64,000 bases of DNA from Candidatus Marinacidobacterales bacterium. GTDB lineage: Bacteria > Acidobacteriota > Vicinamibacteria > Marinacidobacterales > SMYC01. The DNA lies in assembly GCA_965224085.1 (NCBI GenBank), contig CBDCYI010000004.1, forward strand, positions 672,001 through 736,000, read 5' to 3'. Under the pieces are notes generated by a model. It saw nothing but the letters and a program-made list of their open reading frames with translations, had not been told where the DNA came from and did not search any database. Positions 28,525-40,064 of the stretch are shown one piece after another; position 1 is the first letter of the stretch; each line of letters starts with the position of its first letter. The translations under genes were made by a program, and so were the position numbers.

Positions 28525-30043
28525 GCGCTCGCTGTCCATGGTTGCACGACTATCGGCGGCGCATTACCATGAATTTACTGTTGCCGTCCCACCCGAGACC
28601 GACCACCACACGACGTAGCCCCAAACACATCCGACCCGACCTGTATGGCTAGCAGAGACCCCCGGGCCAAGACGCGTAAGACTTCGACCGCACATAAACA
28701 TGGAGGCTTGAAAGAGCTTCCCGCAACCGCGATCTGTGGAAACGATATCACCTCTTCGGTGCTCTACGTCTCCGCACTCTCCATTATCGCGGGCGGCAAG
28801 TGGGCCTGCCTGTCGCTTCTTATCGTCGCCGCCGTGTTGTTCCTCTTCCGCGGAATCTATGCCGAAGTGGTCGGCGCCCTACCGCTCAACGGAGGCGCCT
28901 ATAACGCGCTGTTGAACACGACGAGCAAAAGATGGGCTTCCATCGCGGCGTGCTTGACGATCCTTTCCTATATGGCCACCGCCGTCATTTCGGCGGGAGA
29001 AGCCATGCACTACGCGCATGGGCTCTGGGATGGGCTGAACATATTCTGGGCCACGATCGTTCTGATGGCTATCTTCATGATGCTCACGATCATCGGCATC
29101 CAGGAATCGTCCCGCGTTTCGGTCGGCATCTTTCTCTTCCACCTCTCGAGCCTGACCCTCCTCGTCGCGGTAATCAGCATCCGCTTGTCTCAGACCGGCC
29201 TCTCGGTCCTCTCGCTCAACCTCGCCACGCCGACCGAGAGCGTGCCGAAAGCAATCTTCTTCGGCTTTGCCGCGGCGCTGCTCGGGATCTCCGGCTTCGA
29301 GAGCTCGTCTAATTTCGTGGAAGAGCAAGCCGAAGGCGTATTCCTGAAAACGCTTCGCAATATGTGGGTGGCGGTCAGCGTTTTCAATCCATTGATGGCT
29401 TTTCTCGCGCTCGCCATCGTCCCCATCGGGGACGTCAACGCGCATCAAGAAGATCTCCTGGCGTATATGGGAAATCTGGCGGGCGGCCAATGGCTGTCCA
29501 CTATCGTCTCCGTGGACGCCACGCTCGTCTTGAGCGGAGCTGTGCTGACCTCCTTCGTCGGCGTCACCGGGCTCATAAAGCGAATGACCCTCGACCGCGT
29601 GCTACCTCAGTATCTATTGAGGACGAACAGGCGCGGCACGACGCATTGGATCGTCATCGTCTTTTTCCTGCTCGCCGTGTCGGTTCACTTCATCACCCAT
29701 GGAGAGATCGGAGCCCTCGCGGGTGTGTATACGATCTCCTTTCTTTCGGTGATGGCGCTTTTCGGGATCGGCAACGTTTTGTTGAAAGTCAAACGCGCGA
29801 GGCTCCCGCGGCCGTCGAAAGCACCGTGGCCAGCTGTCCTTCTCGGCATCGCCGCGGTCCTCGTGGGTCTCGTCGGCAATTACCTCGACAGCCCGGAATA
29901 TTTCTGGGTGTTCCTCCAATATTTCATCCCCACCATACTCGTCGCCTTCGTGATGCTCGGACGTATCGGGCTGCTCAAAGTCTGTCTGTACTTTATCCGA
30001 CGGATCAGCCAGACCATCGCCGGGATCACTTCGTCTCTAGCTA

Positions 30044-31728
30044 GTACCCGTTCCTGACAGGTGTAAGAGGTTGAGAAAAAAGGGGTAATCGCAAATTTAG
30101 GGCTAGCCTTCTGAGGGAGTGTCGTTTAGTATCGAGTCGACAAAAACGCAGATTCTAAACGACTTAACTCCAAAGGAGACCAGCCCTAAATGCGAAAAAC
30201 GATCAACCCACAACCAAGCCTTCGCGAGCCCTGGCTGGAGCTGGAGCACGCACGCGAGCTCGAAACGATATCATCGCTGCTCGATGCCCATCCTAAGCTG
30301 AATGAGCTGGTACTGCAAGACCTGAGGTCGGTCACCCCATCGGCAGGGAGCGATGTTGGTCGTGGGGGAATGAGCGCGGAGCAGGTTCTCCGGGCGTTGT
30401 TGGTCAAGCAGCTGAATCAGTTCACCTATCGGGAGCTGGCGTTTCACTTGGCAGACTCTCGAAGCTATCGGACGTTTTGCCAGCTCGGCATCATAGAGCC
30501 GAGCCCGTCGAAGTCGACCCTAGCAGCAAACATCAAAGCCGTGAAGTTCGAAACGCTGGAGAAAATCAACCGAGAGTTGGTGAGTGTTGCCGAGAAGACC
30601 GCGATCGAAAAAGGAAGAAAAGTACGAGTGGACTGCACGGTAGTGGAGTCGAATATTCATTCTCCTACGGACTCCGAGCTTCTTTATGACTGCGTCCGAG
30701 TTCTCACTCGCCTCATGTGCCGAACTCGCGAACTGCTGGGTACAGTAGTGGTCTTCGGCAATCGAACGCGTCGAGCGAAGAGACGTCGACTGGGAGTTCT
30801 AAACGCGAAGGATAAGGAACAAAGGCGTCGCGTCTATCGAGATCTACTGAAGGTGTCGGAAGAAACCTATCGCTCCGCTCAACGCGTTGCAGACCAGTTG
30901 GACGAGTCCGGCTTGACCGAGCCGGTGAAGCGAGCGAGTGCGGAGAAGATCGCCGCGGATTTTAAGCACTTTCTCGTCCTCACCGAAAAAGTCATCAACC
31001 AAACTCGGCGTAGAGTGATTGATGAAGAGCGTGTGCCTGCGGAGGAAAAGGTCGTTTCGATCTTCGAAGAACACACCGACATTATTCGCAAAGACCGGCG
31101 CGAGACTCTCTACGGTCACAAGGTGTGTTTGACTGGTGGCTCGTCCTCGATGATTTTGGATTGCGTGATCTTGGATGGGAATCCGTCCGATTCAACTCTC
31201 GCGGAAACCATGATCGACCGTCAAGTCGAACTCTACGAACGGGCCCCGCGCCAGGTTGCCTACGATGGCGCGTTTTCTTCAAAGGCAAACTTGGAAGCCA
31301 TCAAAGGCAAGGGAGTTGAAGATGTTGCCTTTACCAAGGCTCACTTCGCGGTGACCGATATGGTCAAGAGTTCCTGGGTCTATCAACGCCTACGGCGATT
31401 TCGCTGCGGAATCGAAGGCGTCATTTCGTTCTTGAAACGAGTCTTTGGTCTCGACCGATGCACATGGCGCTCATTGCCTTCTTTCAAATCCTACGTATGG
31501 AGTTCCATCATCACCTGCAACCTGTTGGTAATGGCAAGGCACCTATTACGATAATAATGATTGCTCTTACTGCGTTTATAGCCATGGATTGCTGACGATT
31601 CGCCTCTCGTTTCGTCCAAGATTTTCATTCGCTTCCGAGCCTACGAGGTGCCGACTGAAAACGTATAATACCCACATCTTCGATAGGCCTCTCGTACACC
31701 ACAAGTTATGGTGTTTCTGGACAGGAAC
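30044..31728 (+). mobile_element. ISNCY/IS5-like insertion sequence
   Basis: Flanked by direct repeat (C)TAGCTA (30037-30043 and 31728-31734); imperfect terminal IRs GTACCCGTTC / GGACAGGAAC; visibly more AT-rich than the flanks. Confidence 0.85.
30190..31554 (+). CDS. DDE transposase (ISNCY / IS5-like)
   Basis: GMSAEQVLR, RVDCTVVESNIH, YGHK, AYDGAF, RCGIEGVISFLKR. Confidence 0.9.
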   Translation: MRKTINPQPSLREPWLELEHARELETISSLLDAHPKLNELVLQDLRSVTPSAGSDVGRGGMSAEQVLRALLVKQLNQFTYRELAFHLADSRSYRTFCQLGIIEPSPSKSTLAANIKAVKFETLEKINRELVSVAEKTAIEKGRKVRVDCTVVESNIHSPTDSELLYDCVRVLTRLMCRTRELLGTVVVFGNRTRRAKRRRLGVLNAKDKEQRRRVYRDLLKVSEETYRSAQRVADQLDESGLTEPVKRASAEKIAADFKHFLVLTEKVINQTRRRVIDEERVPAEEKVVSIFEEHTDIIRKDRRETLYGHKVCLTGGSSSMILDCVILDGNPSDSTLAETMIDRQVELYERAPRQVAYDGAFSSKANLEAIKGKGVEDVAFTKAHFAVTDMVKSSWVYQRLRRFRCGIEGVISFLKRVFGLDRCTWRSLPSFKSYVWSSIITCNLLVMARHLLR

Positions 31729-32110
31729 TAGCTAAAGGACTGTACGATAAGATCGACGAAATCAACTCGCAGCAGGTCGTCTTCTTTACTCGCGGCGACA
31801 GCATCAACAACTTGAACGAAGCGATGTTGTACGTGCGCAACAACGAACATACGAATCGTCTCAAGGTCGTGACCGTGGTGGAGAACGAAAAAGACGTGCC
31901 GCCGCGGCTGAAGAAAGACCTCGAGTTCCTCGACGAGGCTTATCCCGAGATCGACATCGAGTTCGTCGTTCGCCTGGGTGAGTTCGGCCCCAAGCTCATC
32001 AAAAAGCTGTCCAAAGAATGGAAAATCCCCACGAATTTCATGTTCATTGCTTCCCCCGGCGACCACTTCCTTTACGGCTTGGCCGAACTGGGTGGCGTTC
32101 GTCTCATCAT

Positions 32111-33206
32111 TTAGGCTTCGCGTCGGATCAGGAGGAAGGCTTTGATGAACGCGTCGAGGTCGCCATCCATCACGCGATCGACATCGGAAATCTCGACTTT
32201 GGTGCGGTGGTCCTTGACCATGCAATAGGGCTGGAACACGTAGGAACGGATTTGGTTCCCCCAGGCGATGTCTTTCTTACCGTCGTGCATGGCGTTGACC
32301 TTTTCTTGCTTTTCTCTCAATTTGAGGTCGTAAAGACGCGCCCGTAGAACCTTCATCGCCATATCTTTGTTCCGATGCTGGGAGCGCTCGTTCTGGCACT
32401 GCGTGACGATGCCCGTCGGGATGTGTGTGATCCGGACGGCGGAATCCGTGACGTTCACGTGCTGTCCGCCCTTGCCGCTCGATCGGTAGGTATCGATGCG
32501 CAGGTCCTTTTCGTTAATGTCTACCTCGACGTCTTCGTTTATCTCGGGGAAAACGAAGACCGACGCAAAAGAGGTGTGCCTTCTTTTCGCCGCATCGAAA
32601 GGCGAGATCCTGACGAGGCGGTGGACGCCGACCTCCGCGCTCAGATAGCCGTAGGCGTATGGACCCGTGGCCGTGAAAGTAGCACTCTTGAGCCCAGCCT
32701 CTTCCCCTTCCTGGTAGTCGATCATCTCTGTTTTGAAACCGCGGCTCTCCGCCCAGCGCAGATACATGCGCAGTAGCATCTCCGCCCAGTCCTGAGACTC
32801 GGTGCCGCCGGCGCCCGGGTGGATGCTGACGATGGCGTTCGTGGCGTCGTTCTCTCCGCCGAGGAGCTTCTGAAGCTCGGCGGACTCGACTTCCGCCTGC
32901 CAAGTGTCGAGATGCGCGATGAGATCGTCGGTGACGTTCTCCCCTTCCCTCGCCCATTCCACGAGCGTGCGCACTTCCTCTTCGCAGTCGTTGAGCTTCT
33001 GAATGAGATCGAGGTCGGTCCGAAGACGGCTCCGTTCCCGCGAGAGCTCCTCACCTTTTCCCGCTTGGGACCAGATGTCGGGTTCGGAGAGTTTTTGGTC
33101 GAGCTCGTGAATGGATTTTTCTAGGGCAGCTTGGTCAAAGATAGCCTCGAACATCGCGGGCACGACGGCCGAGAATCTCCGAACGCTCTAGAAGATCCTC
33201 AATCAT
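32111..33206 (-). CDS. prfB: Peptide chain release factor 2 with programmed +1 frameshift
   Basis: ATG at 33206 gives MIEDLLERSEILGRRARDVRGYL, then CTT TGA C (33134-33140) with internal SD-like GAGG; the +1 frame carries SPF and GGQ motifs. Confidence 0.96.
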
Positions 33207-33240
33207 GATGACTCACTCGCTCCCCTTGAACTTGATGCCG

Positions 33241-33906
33241 CTACTGCGTGATGTAGGGCTTGAACTTTTCCTCGTCGCGCAGCTTCTGGACGACCTTCTC
33301 CGCTTCGGCACGCGTCGAAAAGCGGCCCACGCGCACGCGATGAAGCCCTGCCTCACCGCCGGCCTCCAGATAAGCCCGGTAGTTCTTGTTCTTGAGTCGG
33401 GACAAGAGAGACTGCGCCGCATCCTCGGTCTTTAGGGCAACGACCTGAACCGCAAAAGCACCTTCAGCGCTGCCGAGCGTCACCGCTCGGCGCACCGGAG
33501 CCGGCTTGGGCGGAGGCGACGCCTTGGGCGTCGGCTCGCGCCTCGCCTTGCGCAACGTCGTTTCGGGACTCTCGGATTTTACCGTCTGGAGCTTGCTTTG
33601 CACGATGCCCGTCTCGAGACGATCCGGGTAGTCGAGCTCCGGCTTGGGCTTGGACGTGGACGTGGACGTGTCAGTGCTCGCTTTCCCATTGAACTTCTCC
33701 GCGGACCGCGTCAACGTGCCTGCGGCGATGTCGTTGGGCACAGCGGCGAGGGTCGCGTCTCGGACACCTCTACCCACCATCACGCCACATAGGAAAACGA
33801 CTACCGCGATGGCTAGGGTAGCCATGAAGAAGAAGACCAACTGCTTGTTGTTCAGCTGGACTTCGTAGTAGGCCCCATCATCGTATTCGGCCATCTCACT
33901 ACCCAC
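33241..33906 (-). CDS. SPOR domain cell-division protein (DedD/FtsN-like)
   Basis: N-terminal TM, low-complexity linker, FAVQVVAL..HRVRVGRF SPOR domain. Confidence 0.85.
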   Translation of the reverse strand: MGSEMAEYDDGAYYEVQLNNKQLVFFFMATLAIAVVVFLCGVMVGRGVRDATLAAVPNDIAAGTLTRSAEKFNGKASTDTSTSTSKPKPELDYPDRLETGIVQSKLQTVKSESPETTLRKARREPTPKASPPPKPAPVRRAVTLGSAEGAFAVQVVALKTEDAAQSLLSRLKNKNYRAYLEAGGEAGLHRVRVGRFSTRAEAEKVVQKLRDEEKFKPYITQ

Positions 33907-34009
33907 TCCTTTGACCCCATACGCTAATATTTTACTTGAGACGAAGTATTCTAACCCAATATCAACATTGAAGGGGGAAATTTGTCGTGGAAGCTCCCAG
34001 TCGCCCCAG

Positions 34010-35312
34010 CTAGCTTTGGCTCAGGATGCTCGTCGCTACCGCTTCTTGCTCGCTCTTGCCTAACCGGCGACCAATCTCGAGAAGGAGACCATAGGTGAGC
34101 TCGTTGAGCCCATCGACAAGCACAGCCCTTTTGGCCTCGTGCGGCTTGTTGCCTAGATTCTGAAGCAGCTGGTCGAAATCCACCCGCCCGGCGGTGCCGA
34201 GCTCCACGCTCTCGAAGAGAAGCGGGAATTGCTCGGCGACCTCGGTCATGACGTCCGCGCTGAACGCGAGGGCGGCTTCGCCTTCGAGCTTGCGGCTGAG
34301 ATAACTACAAACGCGCTCGAAGTTGCGGTTGTAGTGCTCGACCACTTCCTGGAGCTCGTACTCGAGCTCGATACTACGCTTTTCCGTTTCGTGGGAACCG
34401 CCGCGCTCGACAACGCCAGCGGCAAGAAGACCAAAAAGAATCCGCAAAGTCTCGAAATTCGGCAGATAGCTCATCGCAAGAATCTGCTCGACGTTGATGC
34501 GTCCGTTCACGAGCGAATGGACTTGAGATTCGTCTTCGTCGAGACGCAGTTTGTAGATCAAACTGTCGGCACTGTCCGACGGCCGCAAGACCGCTTCGAG
34601 CGGGCCGACTCCAGCATATATCCGCGTGAAATCCTTGAGGCGGCGAATGCCTTCCAGGATGACGTTCTCCGAGTCGAGGTCGAGCACCATCGGCCCGTCA
34701 GCGGTGAGGTCCTTGATCACGAACTCGTACTCGCCGCGGGTCCAGACGAACAAGCTATAGACGATCGCTTCCGCGTGCCGATGGATGGCAACGAAAAGAT
34801 CATCCGGGGTGATGATGCCTTGTTCGACGAGAACAGCGCCGAGCTTCTTGTCCGGCTGTATCTTCTTGCTCGCCTCGAGGAACTGCCGCACCGTGATTTT
34901 CCCCGTCTTAACCCTAATCGCAAAATCTTCGAAGCACGAAAACGCGAAACAGCCGCACTTGGCGCAGGCGAGAAGCTCGTGCTGGGGCACCCGCTCGCCG
35001 CCACTATAGGTGATTCTGCACGGTGTATGCAGAACCTGGAAAAGGTGCTATTCACGGGGCCAAAGACCTCAGACACGGTGACGTTTATTTGCGATTAGGG
35101 TTAAGCAAGAACTCGCCGAGCCGATCGTCCTGCGAGTTCGACATCGCGTAGATGATGCGACCTTCTTTGAAATAAATGGCCTTCCACCGTCCGGCGTCGT
35201 GGAAATTGAGAATCCCGGTCTCTTTGCTCCGGCTGATCGAAGCGAGTAGCTCGGGCAGGCTCGACTCGGACAAAGAGCCGCGAATCGTCAGCTCTTCACC
35301 TTGCATGGTCAT
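34010..35312 (-). pseudogene. DUF4388 domain protein with MshEN-like motifs, split by a MITE
   Basis: GSLSESSLPELL..DDRLGEFLL joins KTGKITVRQF..KLGAVLVEQGII in frame when 34912-35104 is removed. Confidence 0.85.
34912..35100. mobile_element. 189-bp MITE with 13-bp terminal inverted repeats and TTAA target duplication
   Basis: TTAA|CCCTAATCGCAAA ... TTTGCGATTAGGG|TTAA; no transposase inside. Confidence 0.92.
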
Positions 35313-35348
35313 GACAGCTCCTCCTGCGAGCCCCGCATCCCGCCAGTT

Positions 35349-36140
35349 CTAGTCCTTGGCCGCTCCGTTGCTCCACTCCTTGAATCGGCGGAGGAGTGGC
35401 TCGATGAGCTCGATGGGTAGCGGAAAAATGATCGTCGAGTTCTTCTCGGTTGCGATCTCCGTCAGCGTCTGAAGATAGCGAAGCTGCATACCCAGAGGGT
35501 GCTTGCCGACGATCTCAGCCGCCTTCGACAGCATCGCGGACGCTTGAAACTCGCCTTCGGCGTGAATGACTTTCGCTCTTTTCTCACGCTCGGCCTCCGC
35601 TTGTTTGGCGATCGCGCGCTGCATTTCCGACGGCAAGTCGACATGCTTGACCTCCACCGACGTGACTTTGATCCCCCACGGATCGGTGTGCTTGTCGAGG
35701 ATGTCCTGAAGCTGCATGTTCAGCCGGTCTCTCTCAGCGAGAAGATCGTCGAGCTCCGCTTGCCCCAGAATGCTCCGAAGTGTCGTCTGCGCGAGCTGTG
35801 ACGTCGCATAGAGAAAATTTTCTACTTCGACGATAGCTTTGATCGGCTCGACAACGCGAAAGAACACGACGGCGTTGACTTTCACCGAAACGTTGTCTTT
35901 GGTGATGATGTCTTGCGGCGGCACATCGAGCGCGACGAGCCGCAAGCTCACTTTAACGATGCGATCGATCGGCGCGAAGACGAGAACGAGCCCCGGGCCT
36001 TTGGGCCTCGGGATCAAGTTGCCGAGACGGAAGACGACACCGCGCTCGTACTCATTCAGGATCTTGACCCAGTTGAGGAGAAAAATCGCGACGACGATGA
36101 CCACCGCGATCGTGGGAATTGAAAATCCACCAGGCATCAT
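35349..36140 (-). CDS. SPFH/stomatin-like (slipin) protein
   Basis: [48 protein letters not shown]. Confidence 0.93.
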   Translation of the reverse strand: MMPGGFSIPTIAVVIVVAIFLLNWVKILNEYERGVVFRLGNLIPRPKGPGLVLVFAPIDRIVKVSLRLVALDVPPQDIITKDNVSVKVNAVVFFRVVEPIKAIVEVENFLYATSQLAQTTLRSILGQAELDDLLAERDRLNMQLQDILDKHTDPWGIKVTSVEVKHVDLPSEMQRAIAKQAEAEREKRAKVIHAEGEFQASAMLSKAAEIVGKHPLGMQLRYLQTLTEIATEKNSTIIFPLPIELIEPLLRRFKEWSNGAAKD

Positions 36141-36148
36141 GTCCCCCG

Positions 36149-37459
36149 TTATGACGATTCCGGATCGCGCTCGACATGTAGCAGCAACCCGTCGACGGAT
36201 AAGACGCGTACGCGCTCGCTTTCCTGAATGGGCTCGTCCGCATGCGCGTCCCAGAACTCACCTCGTATGAAAACCTTTCCGCGATGGTCGATCAGCGTGC
36301 GCGCCGTCGCGGACTGGCCGATCAGACTCTCGATGCCCGTCATCGGGGCGCGGCGTTGCGCTTCAACCACTTTGCGGCCGAGAGCGATGACGACCACGCC
36401 GAGAACAATGGCAACAGGAACCACCATAGCCCAGCTCACGCGGAGCGCGGGCGTCGGGAGCGGCTGTTCGTCGAACAGCAACAGAGCACCGAGAACGAGC
36501 CCGACGACGCCTCCCATTCCGATGATTCCGAACGACGGCGTGACCACTTCCACGATGAGAAGCCCGAAACCAGCGACGAGAAGAATGACACCGACGATGT
36601 TCACCGGCAGAATCTCGAAGGCGAAGGCCGCGAGCAGGAGCGCTACTGCGCCGAAAATGCCTGGAAAGAGCAGGCCTGGATTCGAGAATTCCATATAGAG
36701 CCCGGCGAGACCAATCATCCCTAAAAGAAGCGCGATGTTCGGGTTCGCGATGAACGCGAGGATCTCTTGCTTGCGCGTCATCTTGCGAAGCACCACAACT
36801 TTCCCCGCCGTCGCCAAAACGATCTCGGCGCCTCCGCGTCTCGGGATCGCCTTGCCGTCGAGCAGCTCGAGTAGCTCGCTCTCGCTGCTCGCGATGTAAT
36901 CGATGAGACCGACTTCGAGGGCTTCAGAAGCCGTCCACGAGAGCGTCTCCGTTACAGCTTTTTCCGCGACTTCCGGTTCGCGGTTCCGGCGCTCTGCGAT
37001 CGAACGCGTATAAGCAGCCGCATCCGACGTTACCTTCTTTTGCATCATCTCCTGCAAATCCTGCCCGCTGCCGGATACCGGCGTTGCCGCCCCGGTATTC
37101 GTGCCCGGTGCCATCACGGCGACGTCGGCGGCGATCGTGATGAGAAATCCAGCCGAGGCCGCATGGGCTCCTGCCGGCGCAACATAGACGATGACCGGGC
37201 GCTCACTGTTGAGCATGACCTCGATCATATCCCGCGTTGCGGAGAGAAGCCCGCCCGGTGTCTTGAGCTGGATGAGCACGAGCTCGGCATCATCTTCGGC
37301 GGCAGCATGGATGGTGTCGATGACGTGACCTGCCGTGACGCCGTGGATCACATCGTCCAGGACAACTTTGTATATTGGTCCAGAGGACGCGGCGACGCTT
37401 GCTCCTAAACCGACAGAGACGCCTACACAAGTGGTTGACAGGACGCGAAATATTCGCAT
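36149..37459 (-). CDS. NfeD family membrane-bound serine protease (ClpP class)
   Basis: [26 protein letters not shown] bundle, C-terminal OB fold GEFWDA; canonical partner of the stomatin gene. Confidence 0.92.
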   Translation of the reverse strand: MRIFRVLSTTCVGVSVGLGASVAASSGPIYKVVLDDVIHGVTAGHVIDTIHAAAEDDAELVLIQLKTPGGLLSATRDMIEVMLNSERPVIVYVAPAGAHAASAGFLITIAADVAVMAPGTNTGAATPVSGSGQDLQEMMQKKVTSDAAAYTRSIAERRNREPEVAEKAVTETLSWTASEALEVGLIDYIASSESELLELLDGKAIPRRGGAEIVLATAGKVVVLRKMTRKQEILAFIANPNIALLLGMIGLAGLYMEFSNPGLLFPGIFGAVALLLAAFAFEILPVNIVGVILLVAGFGLLIVEVVTPSFGIIGMGGVVGLVLGALLLFDEQPLPTPALRVSWAMVVPVAIVLGVVVIALGRKVVEAQRRAPMTGIESLIGQSATARTLIDHRGKVFIRGEFWDAHADEPIQESERVRVLSVDGLLLHVERDPESS

Positions 37460-37664
37460 GGCTTTACTCTGGGATTATAGGATCCCGGCCTTTCGCTGTC
37501 AAGACGGAAATCCCGTTAAGTCCCTACGGAACAATTGCTTAGGGACCACCCCTAGAAACCCGACGCGTACCTGTACGACCAAAATGCTGCCTTTCTTGCT
37601 CTTTTGGAAAAGAAACGAACCGCGGCGGTTCGCTGGGCTGTGCTAGTGTCGCGAAAACGCTGAT

Positions 37665-39548
37665 ATGCTCGCACACCCCCGCCTCTCCGCCGCCGCGGTC
37701 GCGCTCCTCTTCGTCACGCTGACGGCGCTCTTCGCGTTGCCGCTCAGCACCGCGCCCAGCGCAGAGGCGCTCGATCTCGGTCCGGATACCCGTCTGTTTC
37801 TGTGGACGCTCGGCTGGGACGTCCACGCGCTCGCGCACGCGCCCCTTTCAATCTTCGATGCGAACATCTTCTACCCAGAGCCCAACACGCTCGCTTACTC
37901 GGAGCATCAAATTGGAAGCGCACTCGTCGCGGCGCCCGTGCTGCTCGCCACCGGAAAGCCCCTGCTCGCAATGAACCTCGTGTTGCTCGCCTCGTGCGCG
38001 CTTTCGGGGTTCGGCGCCTTCGTGCTCGCGCGCGAGCTCGGGCTCGGGATTTGGGGCGCGCTCGTCGCCGGCCTCGTCTTCGCCTTCGCGCCGCCACGAT
38101 TCTTCCGGCTAGGCCAGCTGCATCTGGCTACCGTGCAATGGATCCCGTTCTGCCTCCTTTACCTTCACCGCTACGCGCGAAAAGGCTCCACGCGACACCT
38201 CGTCGCGGCTTGTCTCTTTTTCACGATGACGGCTTGGTCCGGCGGACAAAGCGGGCTCTTTCTCGCCCTCACGGCCACGAGCCTGCTCCTTTACCTCCTT
38301 CTCCTGGGCGAGCTCGGTCCTTCGAGCCACCTCGGAAAGGACGTCGTGGTGGCCACGGTCTTGGTCCTACTCCTCAACGTGCCGTTCCTGCTTCCCTATC
38401 TCAGCGTTCAGAAAGAGCTCGGGCTCGAGCGTAGCTTGGAAGAGGCCACCTTCTGGTCGCCCAACGCGGAAAGTTTCCTCGCCTCGCCTGCGCACGCGCA
38501 TCGAGCCGTTTGGCAGCTCCTCGGGTGGCAAGCTCGCATCGCGCGTGAGGCGAAAGCGTTCCTCTTTCCCGGATTCCTTCCCATCTTGCTCGCGGTGGCG
38601 GCCCTCATGGCCCGCAAGGAGCGGCCGAGGACGAGCTCTCAGGCCTCCGCACCGCTTCTCGACGTCGCCATCATCGCGGTTGTGCTCTTCGCAATCTTTA
38701 TCGAGGCCGCTTCAGGCCTCCGAATCGGAAGCGTCTCCGCTAGCAGTGGTTGGCGTGCGGTCGTCGTCGCCGCCATCCTTGTCGGCGCTCGCGTCGCGAT
38801 TTATCGCCGAACACCTTTCGCGCACGGTTATCGTCGAGCGTTCCGGAGTTGGGCCGAGGCTCGCATGGGAGTCCACGCGTCGTTCTATCTCGGCCTCACC
38901 TCGCTCACGCTTTGGGCATCGCTCGGCCCACAAGGCGGGCTTTATGCGGCACTCTATCAGTGGCTCCCTGGTTTCGATTTCATCCGCGTGCCGTCGCGGC
39001 TGACGATTCTCACGGTGTTGGCTCTCGCGATGCTCGCAGGCTTCGGCGCTGAGCGTGTCGCTACGCGCCGACTCTCGTGGGCGCCGCTCTTTGCCGTGCT
39101 CATTTTGGTCGAGCTCGCCGCGTTCCCCCTCGACACCCACCTCTACGCCGTGACGTCGACGCCGATGGATAGCTGGCTGAAGGAGCAAACCGACCGCGAG
39201 CCTATCGTCGTGCTCCCGATTCCGGATCCGGCTGACGACCTCGCAGCGGCGCGTCACCACTCACGCTATATGCTCGACTCGCTCGTGCACCTGCGCCCGC
39301 TCGTGAACGGCTATAGCGGCTTCACGCCGCCGTCGCACCGTCGGCTCTTTCGGATCCTTGGGAGCTTCCCGGACGACGTCGGCCTAACCGAGCTCGACAA
39401 GCTCGGTGTGCGCTACGCCGTCTTCCATCGCATTGGCTACGACACCCGCGGTTGGGAGGAGGTGCTCGAGCGCGCGGCGAGCCACGCGGACAGAATGGAG
39501 CTCAAAGCGTCTTTCGAAGGGGGCCGCGTCTACGAGATCAGCCGCTGA
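37665..39548 (+). CDS. Multi-TM membrane protein (YfhO/GT-C glycosyltransferase-like)
   Basis: WTLGWDVHAL, FDANIFYP..LAYSEH, IRVPSR, LVNGYSGF. Confidence 0.65.
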   Translation: MLAHPRLSAAAVALLFVTLTALFALPLSTAPSAEALDLGPDTRLFLWTLGWDVHALAHAPLSIFDANIFYPEPNTLAYSEHQIGSALVAAPVLLATGKPLLAMNLVLLASCALSGFGAFVLARELGLGIWGALVAGLVFAFAPPRFFRLGQLHLATVQWIPFCLLYLHRYARKGSTRHLVAACLFFTMTAWSGGQSGLFLALTATSLLLYLLLLGELGPSSHLGKDVVVATVLVLLLNVPFLLPYLSVQKELGLERSLEEATFWSPNAESFLASPAHAHRAVWQLLGWQARIAREAKAFLFPGFLPILLAVAALMARKERPRTSSQASAPLLDVAIIAVVLFAIFIEAASGLRIGSVSASSGWRAVVVAAILVGARVAIYRRTPFAHGYRRAFRSWAEARMGVHASFYLGLTSLTLWASLGPQGGLYAALYQWLPGFDFIRVPSRLTILTVLALAMLAGFGAERVATRRLSWAPLFAVLILVELAAFPLDTHLYAVTSTPMDSWLKEQTDREPIVVLPIPDPADDLAAARHHSRYMLDSLVHLRPLVNGYSGFTPPSHRRLFRILGSFPDDVGLTELDKLGVRYAVFHRIGYDTRGWEEVLERAASHADRMELKASFEGGRVYEISR

Positions 39549-40017
39549 GCTTCGCGTCGTGGATGGTAACGAGCTTCATGATCTCGAAATTCTTCTCGCC
39601 GCCGGGCGTCTGGACGTCGACTTCGTCGCCCTCCTCTTTCCCCATGAGCGCGCGTCCAATCGGTGAGCTTGTCGAGATCAAGCCCTTCGAGACGTCCGCC
39701 TCCTCACTCATGACGAGCTTGTAGACAATCTCCTTTTCCTTCTCCAAGTCGTACAATGTGACCTCGGAGCCGAATGAGACCTTGCCCTCGGGTATCTTGT
39801 CGAAACTGACCATCGAGAGCTCGCCGAGACGTTTTTTTAGCTGGCCGAGCCTCGCGTTAACATAGCCTTGGCGCTCCTTGGCGGCGTCGTAGTCCGCATT
39901 CTCGGAAAGATCGCCATGCTCCCGCGCGACTTTGAGCGCTCTCGGGAGTTCCACGTGAAGCTCCTCTTCCAATTTCTTGATCTCTGCCTTGAGTTTGTCG
40001 ATGATTTCATGGCTCAT
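39538..40017 (-). CDS. greA: Transcription elongation factor GreA
   Basis: AREHGDLSENADYDAAKERQ, ISTSSPIGRALMGK. Confidence 0.95.
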   Translation of the reverse strand: MSHEIIDKLKAEIKKLEEELHVELPRALKVAREHGDLSENADYDAAKERQGYVNARLGQLKKRLGELSMVSFDKIPEGKVSFGSEVTLYDLEKEKEIVYKLVMSEEADVSKGLISTSSPIGRALMGKEEGDEVDVQTPGGEKNFEIMKLVTIHDAKLSG

Positions 40018-40064
40018 AGTTTTTTGGCATGATAACCAGGCTGACCGCCTTCCGCAAGGGATTC

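Larger units (their letters stand above)
28645..32114 (+). pseudogene. APC family permease with cytoplasmic C-terminal domain, interrupted by an IS
   Basis: TM part 28645..30043 (..GITSSLA) resumes in frame at 31735 (KGLYDKIDEINSQQVVFFTRGD..GGVRLII) once the IS and one repeat copy are removed. Confidence 0.88.

Noticed and set aside
30086-30095. TAATCGCAAA inside the IS left region matches 10 bp of the MITE inverted repeat
   Set aside because: It is internal, and the IS termini and target repeat differ from the MITE's; not enough to call this IS the mobilising partner.
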